Origin: Octopus sinensis
Taxonomy: Eukaryota
DNA length: 64,000 nucleotides
Direction of reading: 5' to 3'
NCBI RefSeq assembly: GCF_006345805.1
Contig: NC_042998.1
Span: forward strand, 142,538,001-142,602,000
A program made the translations under genes and the position numbers. Positions 36,598 to 49,414 of this stretch are shown here, in pieces. Positions within the stretch are counted from its first letter, which is position 1; every line of letters starts with the position of its first letter. The notes under the pieces were generated by a model, which saw only the letters and a list, made by a program, of their open reading frames with translations, was not told the origin of the DNA and did not search any database.

Positions 36598-36719
36598 ATA
36601 TGTGTTTGTGTGTGTATCTACATGTATACATTATATATGGCCAGGAAGTGATTGTGATACAAAAACCAGTCACACTAAAGTTGGTGGCACAGCATCTGAC
36701 ACCAGGAAATGTATATACA

Positions 36720-39200
36720 TGTATGCATATATAAATATAGATATATGAACGGCAGTCTGTGTCAAGTTGCCGTCTGCACTCGTTAATGAATCTTCGTGAA
36801 ATTTTGCAAATATGTAAACATCCAGTTTGTTATGAGACTCATTGCAATTTAATAAAAATCTATAATTGGACGACTACGTTCCCTAGAAGGGCTGCGGATA
36901 TAACCCGTGTATTTTTCTTTAACGGCTAAAGGGAAATAACCCATTCATTTTTCTTTATAAATCAAGTTATATTCGTTTTTTAGCATTTCAACTGTTACGA
37001 TTATTTTCGCACTTTACCCAGAACAACCCTTAAACAAGTAAACAGCATTTTCCTCAACAACAAACTCACTTATTTCCGTTAGTGATTTATTCACGAATAT
37101 ACCATGAATGACCACTTCAGCCAATTGTCAGTCGCTGCACGAAGAACTTTCCTGCTTTTAGACAAATGTTCTGTCATCATAAAGATCATACGTTGTTTAT
37201 ATGTACGAGCACCTTAAATTACATTAATAGCTGTGTTAATGTTTTCTTAAGATGTGCCCTTTACTTTTCTTTAAAGGCCAAGGGAAATAATCCATTTAAA
37301 ATCCTTTCGTTTTCTTTTCCACCCAACGGTCATCCGCACTGTCCTCTTAACTGTCTCACGCTGTTTACATGTTGGTACACTTAATTCATATTGATAGTTG
37401 TGTCGATGTTTTCTGAAGATGTACTCTAAAACAAAGACAAGTTTCAGTATGCGTAATGGCGCTCCTTCTCCCCCTCAATAGCTTTGAAATACAAGGTCGC
37501 CATGCCATTGCGCTGAGTTCTCGACCTGTGCGCGCACGAAAAGAACGGCAAAGGCATACGCAAGTGTGTCACATCAGAAACCACTTTGACAGCTTTCTTC
37601 AAATTATGCGAGTGTGATATGTTCGCCTGAACACTGTTGTATGTTGAAGTTTCCGTGTACTATACCTGAGCATACAATAGATGGAACAGACACAAGCAAG
37701 GGGCTCACGTTGTGGGCTGGGAAGAAGATGCTGTCCTCAGAAGTGGGGCCATCGGACGAGTGTACACTACTGTGCATTCTAATCAGTAGGAGTGCTTCTT
37801 TCAGCGTCTACTGTTGCACACTGTCAGAGGTACTACATCATTCACAGACTTTCGAAGACACAATGAGGAAGTTTGCACGACCTACAGAGAAGCCTGCGTC
37901 AAACATGGATTACTGGAGGTCAATGCTCACTGGGATCAGACACTGGAGGAGGCAACAGTCAGCAGAGCACCAAGTCAACTGTACCAGCTATTTTCTATCA
38001 TGATGACATGCGGTTTGGGTGAACCTCTCAAGCTTTGGGCGACCAACAAAACCAGCATGGCAGAGAACATCCTAGGAAGGATTGAAAGGCAAAACTCAAT
38101 GGAAATTGCCACATTCAATAATGCCATTTACAATGAGGCACTACTTGACTTGTACATCTGAGTGCAAGGTATGGGAAGTCAAGGCATTGCCACATTTGGT
38201 TTTCCTCAACCGGAGCAGGCAGCAAACAATCTCACGATTGAGTACCTGCGAGAAATCAGCTATGACATCGAGGAAATGACGGCGTAAATAGCTGATAACG
38301 AACACAAACTGATAGAGGACCAACTGGGTGTTTATAAGACTATTATTTCAAGCATTGAAAGTGAAAGAGGAAGTCTTTTCTTGCTGGATACTCCAGGTGG
38401 AACTGACAAGATATTTGTCATCAAACTTCTGGATAAACTGCGTCAAATGAAACATTGCCATAGCAGTGGCGTCAAGTGGAATAGCTGCAACTCTGCTAAG
38501 TGGTGGCCACACAGCTCATTCGTGCATCAAACTCCCTTTGGACCTGTCCAATAAAGAGAAGGCAAACTGCAACATTAGTCGTGGTTCTATAGAAGGCAAA
38601 CTCTTGGGTGAATGCAGGTTGATTATCTGGGATGAGGTGACAATGAGCCATAAGGTTTCCTTTGACGCTCTTGACATGGCCCTTCAGGATCTGAGACACA
38701 AGATCAGGCTTATAGGAGGTGCCACAGTTTTACTTCCAGGTGACTTTAAACAAACCCTTCCCGTGGTTCCAAAGGGGACAAGAGCTGACGAGGTAAATTC
38801 CACTATAAAGTCGTCCTACTTATGGAGTAGTGTGCAAAAGCTGAGACTCACAACCAGCATGAGAGTGCAGCTCAGCGGTGATGATGCAGACAGAAACTTT
38901 TCAAAGCAACTGTTGGACATCGGTGATGGCACTTCGGTTGGCGAGAAGGATGGCCGGGTAAAGTTGCTTTTGGACATATGGTACCTGATTTAAAGTAACT
39001 AATGAATAAAGTCTTTCCTAACCCGAGGAATCAGTTTACAGACCACAACTGACTGAAAACCCATACCATTTTAGAATGTTTTTAGAAAGTTATAGAGGTT
39101 TAAAGTTTGATCGTTTTCACCCAGTCAGGAAACAGAATTTGGAAGCTGTCATTTTGTGCGTGACTGCACGTGTTGTCAACACTCTGAAAATAGCGCGCGT
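36720..39200 (+). mobile_element. Decayed Helitron (Rep linker plus PIF1 helicase)
   Basis: GAIGRVYT...LLLHTVRGTTSF...TYREACVKHGLL; ASSGIAATLLSGGHTAHS; LIIWDEVTM; LLPGDFKQTLPVVP; the 5' end tatgaacggcagtctgtg resembles the 5' end of the Helitron at ~59055. Confidence 0.9.
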
Positions 39201-39213
39201 TTTTGTATGAAAT

Positions 39214-39980
39214 TGTAACGGCAGAAATGCATTGGTAAACAATATTATGATATGTTGTGGTCAGCAGATGCAACGATAATTTTTTTGTTGTTATGACAGC
39301 ATACTGTAGGATGTGAAAGATGGAACAATGCATGAAGTTTTAAGAAAGTATTTATTTACCGTTACGTTACAGTACCTAACCTCGACGAGCAGGTTGTGAT
39401 AAATCCATTAGCATGCGAAGTAAAGTTTGTGTATGTGTCCTCTTCATTGTTTAGTAGTAGTAATTACCGAGAGAAATAGAATTACGTTGTAAGGGACAGT
39501 ATTAGAGCTAGAGAGAATTGTATGGTGTTGTCTCACAGCTGCTGACAAGAATTTTCATTTCTCTCGCTGACCATTATATTCTAACAGTCCTTTCCTTAAC
39601 TAATTGTGTCGTCACGAGCTGCTTCATTCAGTTTTCGACAAGTGACTAACTCCGTTGAGTCGTCACGACTGTAACGAACTGATTTTTGCTTGGGTTGTGT
39701 TGGCTTATATAACTATCCAGAAGGATAGATATATCATTGAGAACAATAGATTTAGTTGGTGGTCTTGTTATCTCTATTCTAGCTTTTGGTGAAGTAGAAG
39801 ATGTTAGAAAGGGTCAAGTAGCGAAGACATTATTTTGGCCTAGCTAAAGGCATCTGGAAAATGTAAAACTGCTGTGAGAGAAAAACCATTGTTCCACCGT
39901 GGGAAAAGTTCTGTAGCAGTGTTAATTTAAATTTGGCTGTGGTGGATCGAATCCACTTCATGCATGCAAGATCCACTACA
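39214..39980. mobile_element. Probable solo LTR (767 bp)
   Basis: TGTAACGG...CTACA termini; possible 4-bp TSD aaat/aaac; homologous to 4925-5482. Confidence 0.65.
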
Positions 39981-40628
39981 AAACTGTAAATGAATCAAAT
40001 TCTGCTTAACGTACGACATATAACCCCTCATGACTTTTTTACCCTAAACACAGGTATTGATACGATTATGCAAAATGAAATTTTTTAATGATGGGGATGT
40101 AATTTAAGGGCGATTTAGATGTTATTTTTTGCACATCTCACTACCAGGGTACAAACAACAGATAGACACAAGCAACAGAACATAGCGTAAACACCCCTGG
40201 CATCGCGTAGAATATATTTGTCATCACACGTGCTTTCTCGCTGACAAAAGCGTTCTCATGTTTGGCTTGTTACTATGTAAACAAGCATGGATGTGTCTGT
40301 GGCTTACGATTGGCTAAAATTACCCAAATTTTTCAAACTTTGATTGCTAATAACTCTTTATTTATTGATTTATAGCGAAAATGATTTTCACGTCAATCAT
40401 TAGCCTATAAAAGTATATCATTACACTGAATCAATTCGAACAGTAATTGATGCTGGCAGCCAAACCAACTAGGTCTAGTGAAGGAGAATATATTTTAGAT
40501 TTTTAAAAAATGTATTTATCTTAATTTATTGAAAAATAAAAGAAGTATATAAAAAAAGCCACATTATTCATGGGATGACCCAATATATTTAGTACAATAT
40601 TGTTTTCATATAGTATATATATTTAATT

Positions 40629-40699
<71 letters not shown>

Positions 40700-40711
<12 letters not shown>

Positions 40712-40900
40712 ATCCAAACAAGAAAGCACAAAAAAAAAAACAACAACGCGAGGACGTGGAACAAATATAGTATTATTGGACGCTCAGGAAAGAAGGAGGG
40801 TTTAACGTTTCGAGCGGAGCTCTTCGTCGGAAACATAGGAGAAGGAAAGATCCAGAGAAGGGAAGACAGAGGGAAAAAAATCGCCAACGGTACACACGAG
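40700..40900 (-). mobile_element. Penelope-like pseudo-LTR fragment with hammerhead motif (40800-40834)
   Basis: Sense: gttt CCGACGA agagctccgctc GAAACGT T aaac; same family as 59610-59840; U4-to-C core change. Confidence 0.65.
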
Positions 40901-40924
40901 GTCACATTTTGAAAAAAATATATA

Positions 40925-41305
40925 ATATATATATACTCTTTTACTTGTTTCAGTCATTTGAGTGTGGCCATGCTGGAGCACCGCCTTTAGTCGAGCAAAT
41001 CGACCCCAGGACTTATCCTATCGATCTCTTTTGCCGAACCGCTAAATTACGGGGACGTAAACACACCAGCATCGGTTGTCAAGCGATGTTGGGGGGACAA
41101 ACACAGACACACATACACATACATACATACACACACATATATATATACATATATACGACGGGCTTCTTTCAGTTTCCGTCTACCAAATCCACTGACAAGG
41201 CTTTGGTCGGCCTGAGGCTATAGTAGAAGACACTTATCCAAGGTGCCAGAGACTGAACCCGGAGCCATGTGGTTGGTAAGCAAGCTACTTACCACACAGC
41301 CACTC
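40925..41305 (-). mobile_element. SINE family A, full length
   Basis: Reverse complement matches 23498-23833. Confidence 0.85.
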
Positions 41306-41839
41306 CTAACGCCTATATATCAAAAGGATGTGTTATAATACTATTCCACAGCCATACTAACAATCCAATAATACTAATCGACATATACAAAAACAGTCAT
41401 ACCAACAATCCAACATACCTCCAAGGATATCATTATGGTTTCGACACCTGGCCAGTACCATTCAATCCGGTGGTGTCAACAGCACTAAAATAAGTGGTGT
41501 TTGGGAACAAACAAACCAATGTACAACCGTATCGATAAAAATATTCCGTAAGTAAACTATAAACCATTCCTAAATACGTAACTAAACAGCGACAACTCCA
41601 TTAAGTCATACAAAATCATAATCTCTACCATCTTCCGTAGTGTAATGTAAAAGTAAAAACTTAATAATCACATTATTTCAATCAATCAATATATAGGCAG
41701 GATTAAAAACTAACTTTACTAAAACTACAAGAGACATAAACTAATGTACATTGTATTGGTATATGTACACTGTATCGGTAAACTGCAATAACTAAATTAT
41801 ATGCTAAATTGCGATCAATCTTTAAGTTCATATAAATAA

Positions 41840-42475
41840 CTAGCAGTATCGCCCGGCGTTGCTCGGGTTTGTAAGGGAAATAACTATATAAGCATTTTTA
41901 GTGAGTTATAGCAAAAAAATAGCAAAAAATGCATTAAAAATGGAATAAAAAATGATGGTAATTTTTTTTTAAATCGTTGACTCATCGTAGACATTTTTAG
42001 AGAGTTACTTCCCTTATATAATAGCGAAAAAATGCATTAAAATGGAAAAAAATGATGGTAAATTTTTTTTAAATCGTAGACTCATCGTAGACGCTTTCTT
42101 AGCCATTTCTGTTTTGGTGTCTTCAAGCCATGAAGTCGTTGTTCTAAAAGAACGCTGGTCTCCTTGACAACGCATTACGACGTTGATTTCCTTACACTCC
42201 CTTCCCCACAGCTGCAGGTGTGAGCGTGGACGCCAACTCCGCCGCCATCGACACACGAAAAATTATGCATTAAAATGGAATAAAAAATGATGTTAAATTA
42301 TTTTTAAAATCGTAGACTCATCGTAGACGCGCGCTAATACTCAGACGGGCTCGATATGAATCACGACTATAAGATACCCGAATTTGGTTAAACTGCACCG
42401 CAAAATGTGGGAGTAATTAGGAATCTAAATCAAAGGGGACAGACACTCACACAACTAGAGTTTTATATATATAGA
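41840..42475 (-). mobile_element. Non-autonomous Helitron
   Basis: Minus strand A|TC...hairpin(cccgagcaacgccgggc)...CTAG|T; three internal copies of a ~60-bp unit; GC-rich insert at 42095-42260. Confidence 0.75.
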
Positions 42476-42570
42476 TAATTCCACCGATCTTCCATAGATA
42501 CTGCTTTAATGAAAGTGTAAGTCTTATAAAACTTTTCCAAAACAAAACACGATCGAAATTAATTTTCACT

Positions 42571-42978
42571 GGATCTTTTCGGTTTGAACGGCAGTTTTTT
42601 AAAAATAATTTCCAATTAACTAAACACTTTTAAACTTCGTATACTGGTAGAATGTGTTTATAAAACATCTTTTTCTCTTGACTTTATTGAGAAAATTCTT
42701 ATGGTTTGTAAGATATTTGTTGCTTTTTTTCTTCAATTTCTGCAATTTCAACCAATCAATGACGTCTATTTGAGGTGAAAACATTCTGTGCCGTATGAAT
42801 ATGTCCCTCGTTTAAGAAACAGATTGGGTTTATTAAGAAAAAGATACCCTTCCCCCCACCTCTAACCCTAACCCTAAAACAGATTGAAATGCAATAGATC
42901 GATACTAGGGTCATAATTATGGGTGACAATTTCATATGACACCTCTAGAAAAAACTGCCGTTCAAACCGAAAAGATCC
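42571..42978. mobile_element. MITE of the GGATCTTTTC family
   Basis: ggatcttttcggtttgaacggcagttt and aaactgccgttcaaaccgaaaagatcc termini; same family as 44911-45711 and 53564. Confidence 0.85.
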
Positions 42979-44910
42979 ATTCAACTAATACTTTTATGAG
43001 TCAAATACATTATTTCATCATATATGTAGTGTCTTCATGCAGGCATGGCGCGGATTCGATCTTCGACCGCCAAATTTCACTTAACAGCACTTTTTTTTAC
43101 GGTAAAATAAGTTTTTCTGTGACAGCAGTTATATTTACATAAAGCCACTACACACACACACACATAAATACGTGCACCCACAAGCACACACACACACACA
43201 ATGTTTAAAATGTACAGGTATGTATATGTATGTATGCATACTCTTGCACAAGAGAAGTTTCTACACACGTACACCTTAATCCATAACTACAAGCTACTAA
43301 CAACACACAACTGCATAAGGGAATACTTAGATCGCTATATAAATTGTGTGCTGCTAGTAGTATGCAATACAAAGGACTTTATATTGCTAGTATGTAATAA
43401 CGATTGGCAGAATATCGATTGCAGAGATCAATCAAGTTTAATCGATTGCGCAGGAGAATACAAGTAAATGATTGAGCAGACAACTTGCAATAAATCTCAG
43501 ATGTCGCTTCTCGGGCAAAGTTGTATGTAGCGCCATCTGTTAATGTATATGCGATAAATAATGAATAACTGAACGGAGTTAACTGCCCTCCATCAGTAAA
43601 TTTAGAGTATTTGATGGTAATCGAAGTTTTACAAAAGGAGAAATCAAAATAATAGATTATAGCAATGAGAATGTGATTTATAGTCGACCGTGGATCGTTT
43701 CGTACAGGAAGAAAATTTCATTTAGCGTGGAAGCTTGGGCAAGTGCCTTCTACTGTACACCTAAGCCGAGTGAGTGCATTTGGTAGAAGGAAACTGAAAG
43801 AGGCTTGTATACATACGCGCGCCCGTACACACACACACACACATGAAGATGGATATATAATGTGTACGTGTGTGCAGTAGCGTAGCTAGAGTGTGTGCCG
43901 CCCCGGACCCCTCAAAAAACACGTATTGCCTACAGCAGACACCCCCACCCACCCCAGCTATTCTAGTGCGTGTGTGTGGTGTTGAAGAAGACTAAACCAA
44001 GTGTGGAATCGTTGGCTGTTCAGCAATTAAGTTCTTTAACATAAATGAAAACTTGCAACTTTTTCAACCCGTGTAGGTGACTCTGATGTTGGAAGTTGAC
44101 TATAAGAGCGATTTTGATCGATCGGGTATGGAAGTTAAAAACAATAAAACACAAGAAGGTTTAATCAAATTATTTATATGCATTATAAATAAACAAAAAG
44201 GCATGCTCATTTTATTTGCTTATTTGTACTCCCTATAAATACGCTAATCCAACCTACTTGTATTTATCTGCTTTTTCTACTTATACGGATGTTTACTGTT
44301 GAGGAGGAGGGTTTATGATCTTTGCATACTCCATACATGGAATTGGGAAAATCAATGTCGCTAATACCTGACATAAACCTTTGGTAAAAATTTCATTAGA
44401 AAACCCTGAAAGATGAAGAATAAAGCGGAAGGTGGCATTAAAAAACTTCGCTAAAGACATACAAGGCATTATATTAGGTCTCTTGGTGGCCGGTATTTCC
44501 TGGATTCTTGCAAAATCACAAGTTACACCTTTGATCTAAGCAAAATTTAGTGACACTGCTTATATAGTGACGTCGGTATTTATAATACTTGAAAGATGTG
44601 AGGCATTTTCGCACAACCATTTTGCTGTCACCAATTTGACGTCTTTTATTTGACGCTGACATATTTATTTTGTCTCTTCTTCTACTTCTTCTTCTTCTTC
44701 TTCTTTCCCTTCACCCCCCCTCTCTCTCTCTCTCTCATTCACTCTTTCGATGTACGTGTCTATTTCTATGTGTGTGTGTGTGAGCGTGTGTATGTTTGCC
44801 TCCAGTGCCAGAAAGTACTGCGGCTAAAACAGGCTGAATGTCCTGTCAACCGTGCTAAATCGCTAGTGTCCAAACTGCTAAACGAAATCGTCTCATAACA
44901 TTCGCCAACC

Positions 44911-45711
44911 GGATCTTTTCCTTTTGAACGGCAGTTTGTAACATAATTTCTAGGTAACTAAAAAGTTTTAAACTTCGTATACTGGTAGAATGTGTTTATA
45001 AAACATCATTTTCTCTTGGTTTTATTGAGAAAATGCTATAGTTTGTAAGATATTCCGTCTGAAAATCCGAGCATTTCGGCAATTTTAACCAATCGATTAC
45101 ATCCATTGAACTAAAATCATTTGCTGCGTCTAAAACTGAGACAACATCCTGTAACTAATTCTAAACCTCCCCCTAACCCTAATTCTTTTTTCTTAATTGT
45201 TAAATTAATTTAATTGTTATGCGTGTAAAAAAAAACTAAAGCAATGGAAAATAATTTAAACAATTAACAAACAAAATAATTCTATAATTTTATACACACG
45301 CTTTCCGTACATATACGGAAAGCGTGTGTTACGGAAAGCGTGTGTATAAAATTATAGAATTATTTTGTTTGTTAATTGTTTAAATTATTTTCCATTGCTT
45401 TAGTTTTTTTTTACACGCATAACAATTAAATTAATTTAACAATTAAGAAAAAAGAATTAGGGTTAGGGGGAGGTTTAGGGTTAGTTGCAGGATGTTGTCT
45501 CAGTTTTAGACGCAGCAATGATTTTAGCTCAAAAGAGAGCATAGGATTGGTTAAAGTTCGAAAAATTAAACTATGTTAAACAAACAAATTACAATTTTCT
45601 CAAGAAAGCCAAGAGAAAAAAATGTTTTATTTTGACACATTCTACCAGTATACGAAGTTTTAAAGTGTTTAGTTAACTAGAAATTGTCTGCCGTTCAAAA
45701 GGAAAAGATCC
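44911..45711. mobile_element. 801-bp foldback MITE of the GGATCTTTTC family with an 8-bp TSD
   Basis: TSD cgccaacc (44903-44910 / 45712-45719); nearly the whole element is an inverted repeat centred near 45310; superfamily uncertain (Merlin/MULE-like from GG termini and 8-bp TSD). Confidence 0.9.
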
Positions 45712-45934
45712 CGCCAACCAAGATGGTTCGGTAACAATATGGTATTAATGTCTTGTTAGTATTTGTTCCAACTTACGGCATACTGAGTTCAAGTTCTACC
45801 AAAGACTACTTTACCTCTCACCCCACCTTTTCGCTATGATACCAGGATTAACGGTGTTAGAATGTCAGATGCCTAGGCTCGTTCGAAGTGTATTCTTCTG
45901 TGGATTTAAATACTAGGGTTGCATACTGGTGCTT

Positions 45935-46022
<88 letters not shown>

Positions 46023-46195
46023 CAGGCTTCTTTCAATTTTCAACAACCAAATCCACAGCCCGAGGTAATAGAAGAAAACAATGTGACTGAACCCCGAAAC
46101 ATGTAAATGGGAAGGAAACTTCTTACCACACGGCCTTTAAACATGCGCCTATAGTTTCTGTATACCGTATGTGTATATATATATATATTATATAT

Positions 46196-46269
<74 letters not shown>

Positions 46270-46361
46270 GACGGATACCAAATAGTTGCTGATATTGATG
46301 GGACCAGAGCTATAGTAGAAGACATTTGCCCAAGTGGTTGTGAAGCGAACTTTTGTATCTG

Positions 46362-46417
46362 AGCCGCTGATGAGGATTAAGATGATCTACATCAAAATCC
46401 GAAATCGCGATTTGGCT
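46362..46417 (+). ncRNA. Minimal type I hammerhead ribozyme candidate
   Basis: agccg CTGATGA ggatt-aagatgatctacatcaa-aatcc GAAA tcgcga T T tggct: complete core, stem I agccg/tggct, stem II ggatt/aatcc, palindromic stem III ATCGCGAT; followed by Penelope-like sequence to ~46600. Confidence 0.7.
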
Positions 46418-46804
46418 ATGTACGCTGGGAACTAACCTCCCTTTATCCCTTCAGTGCTTTTGTGGCTTTGAGTTATTTTAACTCTTATTTTTAGCAAAAG
46501 GGGTGCTAGTCAGTACCATCTGTCACTTTTGTGATCTCTTTTAATTTTGCCTTTATAGATTCTAATTGCTAATAAGCCACCCTTTTTCAATTTGTTATAT
46601 ATACTAGCAGAAAGACCGCCCTCCGGGTAGTTTTCTGCTAGCCCCTTGATAATATTTTATTTGATTCCCAGTTCTAATAATTTTTATATTTTACGTCTAA
46701 TTATTTCTTTGTATAATAGTGCTCACTCGCTTAGTAAATATTGCTTTCATTATTTTATCACCGTCATAATCTCTCTTTTTTAATAAAACATCACAACAGA
46801 GGGA

Positions 46805-48878
46805 TGTTAAGTAATCATCACAACAAACATGAACAATCAACGTTGCCCATTGTCTCCCTTGATACAAGGACATTCAGTAAGTTTCCCGCCACAACAAATA
46901 CCTTGTACAACAACGGCAGTCTAATAAAGTATCTCGTATCGTTAACACGTTTTTTCAGTCTCTCTCATTTTCTTAATCTTTCATACTAAGTACTCACTAC
47001 TTCCTTTAATACTCAATACATTATATATATATAACAACAACATGGTGTCAGAATACTAAAAGAACCCAAAATACAGAAACCAAAAGAAAAAAGAAGTTGA
47101 AATCATACTTCAAAGACGAAATGGAAAATTTACCGCATCCAAATGACCTATTCTTTAATCAGGAAAATCTAGCCGCAGCATGGAAAAAGTGGAAAAAAGA
47201 ATTCAATCTCTTTTTGATAGCAACAGAAAGTGACATGAAGCCAGACAAAGTAAAAACTTCAATGTTTTTAACTTGCATCGGTTCCAAAGGCCGAGACATC
47301 CATTCCACTCTGGATTTCGACTCACCCGACGAAGAAATGAAATCGCACATACATGCAGTAATAAAAAATTACCCCATAACCGACACTAAATTAAACGAGT
47401 ATAAAGAAGCCACTGCAGACGACCTGTCACTACAGACACTCATCACATATACAAGAACAGAATGGCCCCCAAAAGACAAAATACCAATAAACATCAACCC
47501 ATTCGTCTCCGTTCGTGATGAAATATCAATCGTCAATGGTCTCGTTCTAAAAGGTTCAAGAATAATTGTACCTAAGTCATTACGTAGAGAAGCTCTACAG
47601 TAAATACATACCGGACACATGGGTATCGAAAAATGCATAGAGAGAGCGAAGGAATGTATATACTGGCCTGGCATTAACGCTCAAATCAAAGACATGATTA
47701 ACACATGCTCATACTGCATCGACTACAAAAACCAACAATCAGCCGAACCACTAATAAATCATGAAATACCTACTACACCATGGACCAAAGTGGGTACAGA
47801 CGTATTTCACCTGTCTGGAAATTCGTATGTCACAATTGTTGACTATACAACAAGATTTTTTGATCTACACGAAATAAATGATTGCCAGTCAAAAACCGTA
47901 ATCAAAAAATTAAAAGAAACTTTTGCTAAATTCGGAATTCCGCAAACAGTTGTAAGTGACAACGGTCCAGAATTCAATTCGGCTGAATTCAAAACATTTG
48001 CAAAAAATTGGCATTTTCATCACACGAAGACAAGCCCGCATTATCATCAAGCGAATGGCATGGTTGAGAGAAATATACAGACAATAAAAAAGACGCTAAA
48101 AAAGGCATTCAAAAGTGGCGAAGAACCTCAGTTAGCGCTCTTAGCATTACGCACGACTAAATTACAAAATGGTGCACCATCCCCTGCAAATCAAATAATG
48201 AATAGAACATTGCGAACAAATCTCCCAAACATACTACACGACAAAATTGGTATCAGGCCTCACGAAAGAAGAAATCAAACATTACAACAGAACTCCCAGA
48301 GTTAAAACCACACGACACGGTTAGAATTAAGTTTAACAACAATTGGTTTAGAAGGGTCAAAATAATTTAAAAAACTAGAGCAACCTCGTTCATACTTAGT
48401 AATAACAGAGGAAGGTAATACAGTCAAACGAAATAGACAACATATTCTTAAAACAAACGAACACGTTCGCATAACAGAAGAATTAGATTATGAAAATATA
48501 TTTCCAAAGTCAACAAACACGCATGAAAAAACAAAAACAGCACAACTACAGAATTCAACACTACAAAATAATAAAACTACAAAAAGTGGACGACGAATAA
48601 TTATTCCCTGTAGATACAGATGATAATAAAAAAAAAGGGAAGATGTTATGTAATCATCACAACAAACATGAACAATCAACGTTGCCCATTGTCTCCCTTG
48701 ATACAAGGACATTCAGTAAGTTTCCCGCCACAACAAATACCTTGTACAACAACGGCAGTCTAATAAAGTATCTCGTATCGTTAACACGTTTTTTCAGTCT
48801 CTCTCATTTTCTTAATCTTTCATACTAAGTACTCACTACTTCCTTTAATACTCAATACATTATATATATATAACAACA
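46805..48878 (+). mobile_element. Young non-autonomous Gypsy-type LTR element (2074 bp)
   Basis: 235-bp LTRs at 46805-47039 and 48644-48878 with one difference seen; TSD AGGGA; PBS TGGTGTCAGAA at 47043; PPT before the 3' LTR; internal gag N-terminus fused to integrase; no PR, RT or RNase H. Confidence 0.95.
47121..48305 (+). pseudogene. gag-N::integrase in-frame fusion with one premature TAA (47601-47603)
   Basis: MENLPHP...WKKWKKEF...MFLTCIG (gag) joins at ~47342 to ...IIVPKSLR*IHTGHMGIEKC...CSYC (HHCC), VGTDVF / VSDNGPEF / NGMVERNIQT (DDE); C-terminal PRSY motif frameshifted. Confidence 0.85.
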
Positions 48879-49414
48879 AGGGATAAGCAATTTGTCAAAT
48901 TTTACCTTTCCCGCAAAGCAACATAGAGATTACAGTTCAGTAGCCCATCTGTAAGCTTTGCAGTGAGTGAGTGAGAGAGAGAGGAGGAGAGAGAACATTG
49001 CAATCAATGAATGAAATAAGCATGAAATGAAAACATCATATAAATAAAAGGGCATTACTACAGATATATACGCCCCAATTTTGTTGCCTCACAACATCCA
49101 GAAAATGGATACTGTTCAACAAAATTTTTCCGAGGGTGTGGAGTGAGGAGTTTCGGAAAATTCACACGATCTGACTTTTTTCCCCTCATAACTTTCAGGA
49201 ATATGGGTATCTTTTAATGATAACTTATACAAATCCCTTTCAAACGTCAAAGATGACGATTATAAAGAAATTTATGGGGAAAATTTTTCCGGGGATTTTC
49301 CTCATTTTTAAACCACAGCCTTCGAAATGATGGGGTTGAGGCATCTTTGAACGAAAAAAGCTTTGTAAACTCTTTTTTTTACAACCCACCCCTCATCATC
49401 CCACTCCAGATCTA

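Noticed and set aside
43529-43545. agcgccatctgtt resembling a CTCF motif
   Set aside because: Partial match of a motif common in transposon ends; no supporting context.
44330-44540. Frame that stays open if TGA is read as Trp (possible mitochondrial insertion)
   Set aside because: No recognisable mitochondrial protein; too short to support.
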